A stretch of 64,000 bases of DNA from Trypanosoma brucei. Its lineage: Eukaryota. Where the stretch lies: positions 1,952,001-2,016,000 of the forward strand of contig CP000071.1 in the NCBI GenBank assembly GCA_000002445.1. Reading direction: 5' to 3'. Position 1 is the first letter of the stretch, and each line of letters starts with the position of its first letter. Shown here piece after piece: positions 53,239 to 63,900 of the stretch. A model generated the notes under the pieces. It was not told the DNA's origin. It made no database searches and was given only the letters and a program-made list of their open reading frames with translations. Made by a program: the position numbers and the translations under genes.

Positions 53239-53560
53239 TGGCGGTGCCCTGCTGACACTGGCGAGGGGGGGCAAGTGAGGCAGAAGTCGGTGTTATTCGG
53301 ACAAGTGGCAGAAGGAAGTATTATGTAGCAAGTTGGAAACTAGAGAGTTGCGCTCCATTTCGTGACACGGTGGTTCATGTATTTTAGAGCATATACTATC
53401 AGTGAACTAACGTCATCAGAAAAATTTGCCCCACTAGGGCCTTGCAATTGTGGCCTGTGTGCTTACCCGTGTGCTACTAACTTCTATCTTCTGCACAAGC
53501 GCTTTCTTTTTTTTTAAGTAATTGTTGTTGTTGTTGCTTTAGCTGGAAAGTAGTGGTGCT

Positions 53561-53920
53561 GTGAAGCGAATGGAATTTAACGCATCAACTACCAACGAGC
53601 GTGAGCGGCGAATCAAATCTGTGGAGGAAGTACTGCTCCGCATCGCTAAGCATGAGGGTGTTGTTGGATATCTTGTGCTGAACCCTGCAGATGGGCGAGT
53701 TATGAGGTATTCAGGTTTTTCATCAGATGAACGGAAAGTCAAAAAGTATGCAGATAAAATAAATGGCTTCACAGCGTTGGCAGCCTCCACCATCCGTACT
53801 ATTGACTGGAAGGATGACCTAACCTTCCTTCGTATGGGTCTCGGGTTGACCGAAATACTGATAGCACCAGACGTAAACAAGCAGTATGTTTTGATTGTCG
53901 TGCAAGAGATCAGATCTTGA
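53561..53920 (+). CDS. Dynein light chain roadblock-type (LC7/robl) (119 aa)
   Basis: VEEVLLRIAKHEGVVGYLVLNPADGRVMRYS...DLTFLRMGLGLTEILIAPDVNKQYVLIVVQE is collinear with roadblock/LC7 (VEETLKRLQS.KGV.G.IVVN.EGIPI.ST...[28 protein letters not shown]). Confidence 0.8.
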   Translation: MKRMEFNASTTNERERRIKSVEEVLLRIAKHEGVVGYLVLNPADGRVMRYSGFSSDERKVKKYADKINGFTALAASTIRTIDWKDDLTFLRMGLGLTEILIAPDVNKQYVLIVVQEIRS

Positions 53921-54212
53921 TAGAGGAGCTGTGGAAATTGCTATGGCAGATGATGCAGGCTGTGCGGTGGTAGCTGGCTGGGAGATGTTTCTTTTGCTTT
54001 AAATTTCTTTCTGAGCATTCGTTTTGCCTTGTGGAAATGGGAGACTTGGGGACGGCAGGATAATTGTGTTGTTGTCGTGTATCCTTTTCCGAAAAGAGGT
54101 GGCGCAAATACCTCCTGTTGCCTAATTCCGTTTGTTAATGTTCATGTGTGTGCATGTATGTGCGCGTGCTTATGTGTTGTCCCTTTCGTTCTTTTTGTCG
54201 TTACGGGTAGTG

Positions 54213-55370
54213 ATGTACGCTGTGAAACCGTGGGGTAAGGTCCTGCTCGTTGGCAGCGGTGTAGGCGCGTATGCGATGGGGATAGGCATGCGGTGGAGAG
54301 AGTCTAATGTCCAGTTAGTCGAGAAGCGGCGTGATCCCAGCCATGAGCTCAGCAACAGGAGACGTTGCGTGATTACAAGCCAAACACTGAAACTCCTAAG
54401 GGACCTCGGCTGCACTAATGCCAAGGTCGAGAGGATTCTTCAAAAGGCTAAGGGTTGGCGTTTTGTTAGGCCAGACTTGGAGACGATTAGGGAAGGCAGT
54501 ATTTTTCCTGGTTGTGCAGATGGTGAGTCGGTGTACCATTGCGCGGAGGGTGCACTGCAGCGCACACTGCGCACCGAGTACTTACGGTTCGGTGGTGACA
54601 TCAGTTGGGAGACGGAAGCTTTTGATGCATTTGAGACAGGTGATGGAAGTGGGGCTTGGAGCTTGCAGAAGATGTATGGCCTTGAAACAGAGGCTGAGGC
54701 CATCATCACGACCGCTAAAGGAACCTCACTTGCCTCGCTCGTGATTGCGGACGATCCCGACCGGCTGGCGGTGTTATTTGACGAAGAGACAGGCGTCTCC
54801 CCGGGGGGAAGGCAGACCACGGAAAGAATCTTTGGAGCAGCTGATGTAGTAATCGTTGTGGGATCAGGGTTGGTAATTCACATGTGGCATGCTGATAATG
54901 TCATTACATGGAGGCTCATTAGAAAAGCCCGGAGGGAAATTCAAGATCTCCACTCTATAGCACTACATCCAGCTATCCAAGAGGTGCTAGGGAGCAGTAC
55001 CAGCAAGTCCTCCCGCGTCTTGATCGTTCCAGCCACCACACCAGCAATAAAAGACTCTGCCCGCGATGTAAAAGTGAGCGTGTTGGGCGATGGCCTGCTC
55101 CCTGTTGATCCATTTGAGTGGCGGGGTGATCGGGCGCGATGTGGTGTGGAGGAGGCGTCGGCGCTCTGCCGGGCCTTTTACGGGAAAAAGTACCACCGCG
55201 GTAACGTTCCTCGCCTCTTGAGAGAGGTGGAACAGGACGCGCTAGCGAAGCGGGCGGCCATACTCGCGAGAGATCTAAGGGATGCTGAGCATTTTTTGGC
55301 TGTTCTTCCAATTATTGATGGGGAAGACCATGCTCATACAGAGAGCACGTTCTCTCAATTGCCAAAGTAA
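54213..55370 (+). CDS. FAD/NAD(P)-binding (monooxygenase-like) protein (385 aa after start correction)
   Basis: The ORF-track N-terminal 27 codons translate a poly-Y tract. The next Met (MYAVKPWGKVLLVGSGVGAYAMG) gives a Rossmann GxGxxG dinucleotide-binding start typical of FAD monooxygenases. Confidence 0.5.
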   Translation: MYAVKPWGKVLLVGSGVGAYAMGIGMRWRESNVQLVEKRRDPSHELSNRRRCVITSQTLKLLRDLGCTNAKVERILQKAKGWRFVRPDLETIREGSIFPGCADGESVYHCAEGALQRTLRTEYLRFGGDISWETEAFDAFETGDGSGAWSLQKMYGLETEAEAIITTAKGTSLASLVIADDPDRLAVLFDEETGVSPGGRQTTERIFGAADVVIVVGSGLVIHMWHADNVITWRLIRKARREIQDLHSIALHPAIQEVLGSSTSKSSRVLIVPATTPAIKDSARDVKVSVLGDGLLPVDPFEWRGDRARCGVEEASALCRAFYGKKYHRGNVPRLLREVEQDALAKRAAILARDLRDAEHFLAVLPIIDGEDHAHTESTFSQLPK

Positions 55371-55561
55371 GGAGTGAAATGAATGTGGTCGAGGAAGGAA
55401 ACAGCCAACTTCTGAAACAAGACGAGTGGTGTGAACCACTCCGCTTGAAGCATCATCGGGATAGTTGGGCTCAAGGGGGGTTCTCTTCGTGTGCTGTTCT
55501 GTACTTTTTTCTATCCTCCACATTGCATTCACTTGTTCTGGTCGTTATCACTCTTCTAGGG

Positions 55562-57598
55562 ATGCTCCGATACAACGTGTTCTACCATGGAGACTTTAAG
55601 AAAGTCCTGGTCGCCAACCGTGGAGAGATTGCATGCAGAGTATTCCGTACCTGTCGCGAAATGAACATCCGTACGGTAGCCGTTTGTTGTGAGGGTGAAC
55701 CCAACGCGAAGCACGTGTTGGAGGCCGATGAGGCATTCGTCTTGGGCCCACCCCCAGCGTCCACGTCCTATCTGCGAGGCGACCGCATCATATGCGCAGC
55801 GAAAAAACTTCAAGCTGACGCCGTGCACCCGGGCTACGGATTTCTTTCCGAAAACGCTGAGTTCGCTTCGGCGGTTTTGGCAGCGGGGCTGAAGTTTGTA
55901 GGACCACCGCCGGCCGCCATGTTGTCAATGGGCTCCAAGAGTGAGAGCAAGCGCATCATGGAAGCGGCTGGTGTGCCCATCGTGCCTGGCTACTACGGAG
56001 AAGATCAAAACCCCGATCGGCTGTTACATGAGGCCAAAACTATTGGCTTTCCGGTCCTGATCAAGGCTGTTTCCGGCGGTGGCGGAAAGGGGATGAAGAT
56101 TGTGATGGAAGAAACTGAGTTCCACCTCATGCTTGAGAGCGCCAAGCGTGAGGCCATTAACTTCTTTAAGGATGATCGCGTTATTTTGGAGCGATACGTA
56201 ATGCACCCCCGCCACATTGAATGCCAAATTTTTTTCGATAGTTTTGGCAATGGTGTTTTCTTCTTTGAGAGAGATTGCAGCGTCCAAAGGCGCCACCAGA
56301 AGGTGATTGAAGAGGCCCCGGCGCCAGGTCTCAGCGTGGACATGCGCCGCCGAATCGGCGACGTAGCTTTGACGGCAGCAAGGGCTGTCGGATACGTCGG
56401 AGCCGGTACGGTGGAGTTCATATTTGACACTGAGAAAGACGAATTTTTCTTCATGGAGATGAATACTCGCCTTCAGGTGGAACACCCGGTGACAGAGCAG
56501 GTGTGTCAGGTGAGGGGGAGGCCATTGGATCTCGTGCGGCTGCAGTTGCAAACGGCAATGGGCCTTCCTCTGGGATTCCGTCAGGAGGACATTTCTATGA
56601 GCGGAGCCAGCGTCGAGGCTCGTATTTACGCCGAATCGCCGAGGAATGGGTTCCTTCCCGTGGGTGGCCGCCTACGTTACCTTAAAGAGCCTCCCCAAGG
56701 CAACCGAGGTACTGTAAAGGTGCGCTTGGACACGGGTTTCCGTGCCGGTGACGACGTGTTAGTTCACTACGATCCTATGATCGCAAAATTGGTTGTGTGG
56801 GGTGACAACCGCGCCACCGCCCTCGAGGGTCTGCGGACGGCACTGGCTTCTTATCACATTGTGGGTGTGGAGACAAATATTGACTTTCTTCAGTGCTGCC
56901 TCTCGAACCCCGGCTTCGTCGAGGGGGGCGTGACAACTAGGTTTATTGAGGATAACAGCGTTAATTTGCTCCAACCAAGGGAAATCCCAAATAATGTTTT
57001 GGCACTAGCGGCTGTGTCGTATCTCTGCTCGCAAAGAGGCACGTCTACGTTGTTTTGGCCGAACCGCCAGATATCTCAGGGTGTCTGCTTTACTGTGGGT
57101 GGAAACCCTGTTGTCGTTCGTGTCACTGTCTCCACAAAGATGTGTTTCACCTGCGACTTTGACAGCAGTTCTGTGACAGTCTATGTTGAGAGCACGACCA
57201 ACATGCCGGATTCTTCTACCTTCATTAGGGTTACGGTGGACGGAGAAACACGGTTTGGTTTCACGTCATTTGTCACCGACAGCGAGGTAGCTGTAGCACT
57301 GCCGCAGGGTTTCTACACGTTGGCCCTGCAACCTCTGGCCACAGACTTTGGGAGTACTTCTGCTCAGGCCAACGGCTCCGCGTCCGTGCTCAGCCCTATG
57401 CCTGGGAAGGTCACAAAGCTGCTCGTTGCCGATGGTACGCTTGTGCAGCAGGGTCAGGCAATACTTATACTTGAGGCGATGAAAATGGAGCATGTTGTGA
57501 AGGCATCATGTGACGGAGAGGTGAAGTTTTGCGTTCATGCAGATGGCATAGTCGGAGGAAGCACTTTACTTGCCCATATTGCCTCTGCTGCAGTTTAA
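55562..57598 (+). CDS. MCCA: 3-methylcrotonyl-CoA carboxylase alpha subunit (biotin carboxylase plus biotinyl domain) (678 aa after start correction)
   Basis: Biotin carboxylase N-domain KVLVANRGEIACRVFRTCREMNIRTVAV, ATP-grasp GGGGKGMKIV, C-terminal biotin attachment EAMKMEH. About 700-aa single-chain BC+BCCP architecture. The ORF-track N-terminus reads through a poly-Y tract (VLYFFLSSTLHSLVLVVITLLG) ending in AG before ATG 55562. Confidence 0.82.
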   Translation: MLRYNVFYHGDFKKVLVANRGEIACRVFRTCREMNIRTVAVCCEGEPNAKHVLEADEAFVLGPPPASTSYLRGDRIICAAKKLQADAVHPGYGFLSENAEFASAVLAAGLKFVGPPPAAMLSMGSKSESKRIMEAAGVPIVPGYYGEDQNPDRLLHEAKTIGFPVLIKAVSGGGGKGMKIVMEETEFHLMLESAKREAINFFKDDRVILERYVMHPRHIECQIFFDSFGNGVFFFERDCSVQRRHQKVIEEAPAPGLSVDMRRRIGDVALTAARAVGYVGAGTVEFIFDTEKDEFFFMEMNTRLQVEHPVTEQVCQVRGRPLDLVRLQLQTAMGLPLGFRQEDISMSGASVEARIYAESPRNGFLPVGGRLRYLKEPPQGNRGTVKVRLDTGFRAGDDVLVHYDPMIAKLVVWGDNRATALEGLRTALASYHIVGVETNIDFLQCCLSNPGFVEGGVTTRFIEDNSVNLLQPREIPNNVLALAAVSYLCSQRGTSTLFWPNRQISQGVCFTVGGNPVVVRVTVSTKMCFTCDFDSSSVTVYVESTTNMPDSSTFIRVTVDGETRFGFTSFVTDSEVAVALPQGFYTLALQPLATDFGSTSAQANGSASVLSPMPGKVTKLLVADGTLVQQGQAILILEAMKMEHVVKASCDGEVKFCVHADGIVGGSTLLAHIASAAV

Positions 57599-58404
57599 AG
57601 CTTAGAGGCGCTTCGACTGCAAGTTGTAGGGGCCTTCAACCGGTTTTGTTTTCCTTGCCCTGTGCAGCGCCATCCACATTGGCTCGTACAGCGCATCCAA
57701 CGAAGCTGTGAGTCTTGGTTTTGCAACTACTGTAGTTGGGGACTTGTGTTGTATTTAAAGGTTTATTTGTTTATGTGGTTGTGAGTGTGAGCAACTTAAC
57801 GAGCGGACGGATAACTCAACGATGCTAGCGGGTTGTAGTAGCCTTACCAGTGTAGTGAAGAAAAAGATGCTTGGGGGCTCGAGGGTTGCCGTGCAAAATG
57901 TGCCGCGTTATTTTCCTTCTTTTTCACTGTCGTCGCTCACCGGAAAAACTGGCAGATTGGAGGTTCCTTCGCTTGCCTCGGAGTGTGGACCCTTTATTCA
58001 TCTCTCGTTTGTAGCTTCAGATCCATTATTTTCTTTATACCTGCCTTTTTTTTTTAGTACTTGGGGGGGACGCTTATCGTATGATGGGAAGGGGGATAGC
58101 CTGCCGAGGGTTCCCGCCTTGTTAAAGCGTGTCACCATTGCTGCCTAAGGGCCAGCCGCGCAAAGCTGAATAAATGATGTTGGTCAGCTGCAGAGCGTTG
58201 AAGTGTAAGATATTTTCTGCCGGAAAGACATCCACGCGTTTCCTTCTTTCCTACTCTTTCACAAACTAGCGCTAGATCGTCACGGCCGCGGTACAGGAGG
58301 TGATTCCTTCCAGTAGTCACGTTAATTGTTGTACAGGGCCAAAGTGACGTAAAACGGTGGTAAAGGATTTAGAACATTTAAACTAGATTATTGAGGGACC
58401 GGTT

Positions 58405-60924
58405 TTGACTTTACGAGGGAATATGGAGGTTGACTACTCCGTGGTTGTAAGTCCGTCAACAATGGCCGATCTTAACGCCTCCCCACGGAGCTCCACAGGT
58501 GCCGCGAGCCGCTCCCGCCGTCAGAGTGTGGGGTTTAATGAGCGTACAAGTAGCCACAACTCCCGCCACAGTGGCCGTATAAGCGGGCGTTCGAGCGTTC
58601 GTGATGAGGCGCAGACTTCGCACGAGTTGCTTCGGAAGCAGCGGGTCGTCCGTTGTATGCAAATCGAACGTGAGCGCGCGGCCCGGTCGAAGATGGAAAG
58701 GGCTGAACATGATGACTGGCTGCGGTTGCGTTCTATGGAGCGGTCCGAGGTTGTTCACCGCATGACAGATGAACAGATAGTCGAGATGCTCCAGCGCGAG
58801 GCCAGGGAGATCGAGAGGGAACGACTGGAGGCGGAGGAAGCTATTCGGCGCGGGGCGGAAGAGGCTGCCGCCCGCCAGCGACTGAGAACAAGACAAAACG
58901 TGAACAACCGCAACAGCGCCAAGGTTTCACAATACGCCAAGCAGAACTCGAAGGCGTGCGAACGACTTGATCAGGCAGCAACGGAAGGCGCCGCGTCAAG
59001 CGATTGCCGACTGGAAGTTTCGGGGGAGACCAAATCAGAACCGGGACAATCGCTGATGCCACAAATGACAGAAACGGAATCATGTCGAGAGGGAGCAAGT
59101 GAATCACTATTTGCTATGGTGAAAGGGACACCAGAGTCACTGAGGATGTCAGTTGAAGCGCGCTCAACTCCGGGAGGCAAATTTACCCCCAAAGGGAGCA
59201 GGACATACGCTCAAAGGATTGGGTCTTCCGAGGCAACCAGCCCTGCGGTCACTGCAATGGCATCAGTAATTGACTCGCCGATTTCAGTAGCAGACCGTTC
59301 AAACGATATTATGGCGAGGCTTCGCCGTGCGCAGGAGGACATTGTTGCGCTGAGGGATGAAGTAAGGAACGCCAAACAGTCACAGCAGGAGGCAGAGGCA
59401 AAACTTCGAATGGAAGCCGAACGGGCAGACAATGAGGCTCAGGCGAAGCGGATGTTTGCCAAACGAGCAGACACGTACAAAGCAAGTGTGGAGGAGTTGC
59501 AGAGAAGGACAGCTGAAGTGGAGGAAGAACTGCAAACGCTGAGGCAGAGGGAGAAAAACGACCAGACGGTGCAGAAAGTAAAGGATGAACTAAAGATGGC
59601 AACGGAGCAAATTAGAGCACTTGAAGAAGAGAACAAAGATTTGAAAGACAGACAGCAGGAACTGTACAATGAGAATGCGAGGCTTTCGGCCAACGCGAGA
59701 CGGAGGGCATCTGGTATTTCGCAAAGTGAGTTACTCCCGGAATTTGACGCCGTTTCCGAGGGCGGATCAGGCGATATGAACGCTTCTGACACGGAAATGA
59801 GGAACAGAGGACAAGACAGAGAGGCTCTTGGCTCCTTTGTTGTAAAATACAACATGTTGGTCGATCAGTTCGAAGAACTTCAGAGGCAATCTGCCGAGCA
59901 GCAACTGGAACTACAGCGCATTATCTCTGAGAACAAAGAACTTAAGAACCGATCTCACGGGCAGCCCCCTGCGGCATCGAAACGCCAGCCGGTGTCCGAA
60001 GCAACCGTGAGGTCGGAAGGAACGTCCGGCGACGGAAAGGAAATCGAGCATCTGAGGTGGGAGGCGAAGAAGTACAAACAAGAGGCGATTGAAACCCGCA
60101 AGGAGCTAAAGGCGCTAAAAGAGTCTTCCGAAAACGAGATTTCATCTCTGAAGGAATGGTGTGAACGGCTGAAGGTGAAGTGCAAACGGCAGACGGATGA
60201 CATCAAGAAGTATATGTCACAAAATAAGGCTGTGGATGCAACCAAGGGTGAAACAAAAAAGAAGAGCCCAGACACCGCTGAAGATGTCGATGGAGCAAAG
60301 GCGGCATGTGCCGCGGAGGTCGGTCGGCTTCAGGATGAGATTTTGCAACTGCGTTCGCGTCTAAGCGAAAGCACAAAGAAGGAGCAGGCCGCCATTTCCC
60401 TTGCTGAGTCACTAAAAAGGGAAAAAGTCGACCCTTACAATCGTGACAAAAGGAAGGAGGAGGAACTCCAGAGGCAAGTTGATACACTTACTAGGACGGT
60501 GAAAGAGCGGCGAGAAGCGGAAGCTCGGTGGAAAGAGTCACAGCAAGCCACTGAGAATGAATTGAAGAGTCTTCTGGCGGAACTTACGGCCAGCCGCAAG
60601 ACAATAGAAAATTTAAAGCACGAAGTGAGCTCGCTGCGAGAGGAACAAGAGGCATGTACCCCTTTGAAGCAGGAGCACAGTGACGAAAATGCTGAGTTGC
60701 GGTTGACTGTCACAGCTATCAATACAGAAAATGAGGAGCTACGTGAGAAAATAGCAACTCTCCAGAAGGAGCTTGAAGAGTTGAGGCGAAGGTATATTGA
60801 TTTGGAGAGGGAAGCTGAGGAACGCAACGCCAAAGCCCAGAAGGAAATTAACGAACTCAGGCGTGAGAATGAAAACTTAAGACGTCCCCCTGCAACCAAG
60901 GTTAACAGTAAGAAATGTTGCTAG
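58405..60924 (+). CDS. Coiled-coil protein, hypothetical (839 aa)
   Basis: Uninterrupted ORF, E/K/R/Q/L-rich heptad-like sequence over most of its length, Ser-rich N-terminus. Start Met uncertain (M1 vs M7 vs M20). Confidence 0.6.
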   Translation: MTLRGNMEVDYSVVVSPSTMADLNASPRSSTGAASRSRRQSVGFNERTSSHNSRHSGRISGRSSVRDEAQTSHELLRKQRVVRCMQIERERAARSKMERAEHDDWLRLRSMERSEVVHRMTDEQIVEMLQREAREIERERLEAEEAIRRGAEEAAARQRLRTRQNVNNRNSAKVSQYAKQNSKACERLDQAATEGAASSDCRLEVSGETKSEPGQSLMPQMTETESCREGASESLFAMVKGTPESLRMSVEARSTPGGKFTPKGSRTYAQRIGSSEATSPAVTAMASVIDSPISVADRSNDIMARLRRAQEDIVALRDEVRNAKQSQQEAEAKLRMEAERADNEAQAKRMFAKRADTYKASVEELQRRTAEVEEELQTLRQREKNDQTVQKVKDELKMATEQIRALEEENKDLKDRQQELYNENARLSANARRRASGISQSELLPEFDAVSEGGSGDMNASDTEMRNRGQDREALGSFVVKYNMLVDQFEELQRQSAEQQLELQRIISENKELKNRSHGQPPAASKRQPVSEATVRSEGTSGDGKEIEHLRWEAKKYKQEAIETRKELKALKESSENEISSLKEWCERLKVKCKRQTDDIKKYMSQNKAVDATKGETKKKSPDTAEDVDGAKAACAAEVGRLQDEILQLRSRLSESTKKEQAAISLAESLKREKVDPYNRDKRKEEELQRQVDTLTRTVKERREAEARWKESQQATENELKSLLAELTASRKTIENLKHEVSSLREEQEACTPLKQEHSDENAELRLTVTAINTENEELREKIATLQKELEELRRRYIDLEREAEERNAKAQKEINELRRENENLRRPPATKVNSKKCC

Positions 60925-63900
60925 TGATAGCACGCGGCCCTCGCTTTTGTGCGTCGGCGCGGAGATGCGATTTGGATGGCAACCGTCGGTTTATCATTTT
61001 CTATATAATCGAAGAATGGGGAACTACAGGAGTCACTTTCGCAGAGACTCCAATATATCAATAGATGCTTCAACGGGAATGAAGTGCCTCTCTACCACTA
61101 ATTTCTAACGCCATACGCGTATATTTTTTCCGCAAGAGGAGCTGGATTATGTATTACATTTTGTGGATGCGCTTCTGCGTGCAAGTGCTCACAACTTCCT
61201 TTCTTTCCGTAAGGTTGGCTGCCGCTACCATCATTAATCTGTCAATTGTTTATCAACTTCGCTAACGAGATACGTAGCCTTTTCTCCGTTCTCTCTCTAT
61301 TGCTTGTCACATGTGTTTGTCTGCTTCGACGAATATCGGTTGCAGCAGCAAAGCGCATAGACCGGCGTAGGCAAGATTAAATGCAGGGTTCAACAGAGAA
61401 AACTACGTTGGAGGAGCGAATGATACAAAGGCGCTCGAGTCTCCCCAGTTTGCAGTTGCCGAGTAACTCAAGCATCCCCCCTTTGTCTAAAAACAGTTCG
61501 TTTGCAGAGGGCAGAGTTGTCTCGGACCCGAAGTTGTGGACTGAACGTTTTAACGACGTCTTCCACGTACCACCTGCTCATACATCCCCGGAGGCTAACT
61601 GTCCGAGGGGGCCAAACAAGTCTGAGGAAAAGTCACCCACACCCGAGGTGACGTGCTGCGGTCTTTTTTTTTAGACCAAAGGTTGAGCGGGTATCTTACC
61701 AGTTGTTTTTGTCTATATGCTCCTGTTTATATGCATGTGTTGTTATTCTTTGCCTCTCCATCCATCTCTCTCCCGTAGATCGTTAAGCGCGTGCGGTGGT
61801 AGAGCATTTCAGCTGAGGAAATGGTTTGTCTTATTTGTGATGTTGGCCCAGCAAATGAGAGCCGGCTGTTTTGTGTGTATGTGTGTGTTCGTTTCTTCGC
61901 TAACTTCCATCACTTATCACCTCTATATTTCTATGGAAATTTGAAGAATTTTTTTAATTCATCAGTGAGGAGTTACCCGTTGGCAGGGGTCGACAGACAT
62001 TTCTTCAGGCAATTTGATTCTCACCCTTTCACTACTTGCAGACGTTTAACTTGTATTCGGATAAAGGTAAGCAACGATAGTAAAGGGCATGGTTAGCACC
62101 CACAGAGTTGTGCAGCGGCCGCGTGTAAGGGTTTCCGAATGGTCGCCTTGCAATTAGGGCTCGTAACGGCAAGTGTTGCCTAAAAAGAGGCATTCAGTTT
62201 CAATCATTAGATAAATCAGCAGAGCATGGGAGCGGCAAGGGGTGCGCACAAGTCTCTTACACCTTCTGAACGTTGTTATCTAGTGAACCAGGCAAACAAT
62301 ATTACGTCAGTGTAACGTTGGAGTATGTTGAGGGCCGGTGGGTCGTAACAAACAAAACAAAAGGCGGGGAGCTCCTCACTCTCCTCACCTCTTTGTCACA
62401 CCTGTAAGCTCGAACAAATGCAAGGAATTGTGCTTGATGCCATAGTTCAGGGCTGTTTACTCTTCCTTGCTATTACACGTGTAACTGACTTAGACGCTGC
62501 GCTTCGTTTCGCAAAGAGTTATCCCTCACCTCAGGAAGTTATTGATCGGAATGTCTTCATGTGCCTCCTCAGTGGAACGATGTGATGACAACACCTCAGC
62601 CTCGTGCACCGCGAATTTAGGGTCAGGGACTGCATTTCATTCGAGAGTCATTTGCCAGCAGCCCCCTTCCAGTGGGGTGGCAACCGTTTTGATTGCTTTT
62701 TTGTGTGCGCGTCGCTGATTATCAGTAGGTACCATTAGCTGAATCATTCCCAGCGGCGGCTGAGCGCTACTTCGAGATCCATGAGGATCAGGTGATGTCG
62801 TCTCTTCCCCCTTGAAGTGTCGCGAGATTTCCCATTTAACGTCGCGATAAGGGACATGTGAATACCTGCCGCATGTAAAGTGAGGGAGACCGTGGCACTG
62901 TCGTCACCCCGCCGTGGGGAGAGGGAAGTGCGATATGTGCATATATGTGACAGTGCAGGGAAATCGTGAGTGTTAAATGAACGGGTCCTACGCAGTCCGC
63001 GGGAAGCTGCCGAGGTTCTCCACATGTCGGCGACTTGTTGCAAATGGTATGAAAGAGCTTGTAACCGTAGTTCGCGAGCTATCCGAAGTTTTCCGCGCCC
63101 CACCACACTTGTCGTGGACATTCAGTTGCTTCCTCGCTGTGGCTCCAAACCACGTTCAATGCAAATTCACTTTAACAAGAGGTGGTGGAATGATGGATAT
63201 GGTGTACCCTTTAATTCCGTTTCCCCCTTCTCTTTTAAAACCGACTGAGCCGGTGGACGGGTTTTTAAAAAGAGAAGGAAGGGACAAAATGCCGATCTGG
63301 TGCGCCCGACAATACAATCCGGGGGTCACCACTTCCCTAGGAAAGATTACGAATGGAAGCATAGAAAAGCGGAGCGTGGCAATGAAAGGTGGCTAATACG
63401 TGAAGCGCACGGGGTAATTCGTCAGAAAATCTGGTCTGACGCATCACCAAAAGTAGTGCATGGTCGGCAGAGGAGGGAAGCTCGCAGCGTACTAGAGGTA
63501 AACAGCCAGCAAGTAGGCAGACACTTACTCCGGTACCCAAGGCTAAAAGGAATGAGGGCAGAAACAGAATTAATTGGTGCAGTGGAAAAACAAAAGGGGT
63601 CCGATGGCTGAAGCTGGCACAGTCCCTCATGAAGCTGTCCTCGCTTTTGAATCACAAAAAGAATGACCTTATCACAAACGACAATCACGTAGCCGCAGGA
63701 GGGAAGCACTGAAGCCCAGATGGTGGCAACAGGTCCCGTGACCCAAGTACTGGGCCAATGAAGGTTTACCAAGTCCGACAGCACATTCACAAACAAACGA
63801 GAGTTTGCGTGGGCACGCACGTGTAATGCGGGGGGAACCCCTAGTCACCTTCTCAGACCTTCTGTGAACAATTTGAAGGAGGCAGGTGATGGCAACACGG

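Noticed and set aside
61786-61860. tRNA-like segment: GGTGGTAGAGC (D-arm-like) followed by a 5-bp stem / 7-nt loop (atttc-agctgag-gaaat)
   Set aside because: There is no acceptor stem and no T-arm (GTTCRANYC). The would-be anticodon loop lacks U33. It cannot be folded into a cloverleaf by eye; a covariance-model scan would be needed to revive it.
62570-62640. C/D snoRNA-like motif (GUGAUGA box C candidate near 62578)
   Set aside because: There is no CUGA D box at the expected 60-90-nt distance, no terminal stem, and no tandem repetition as in trypanosome snoRNA clusters.
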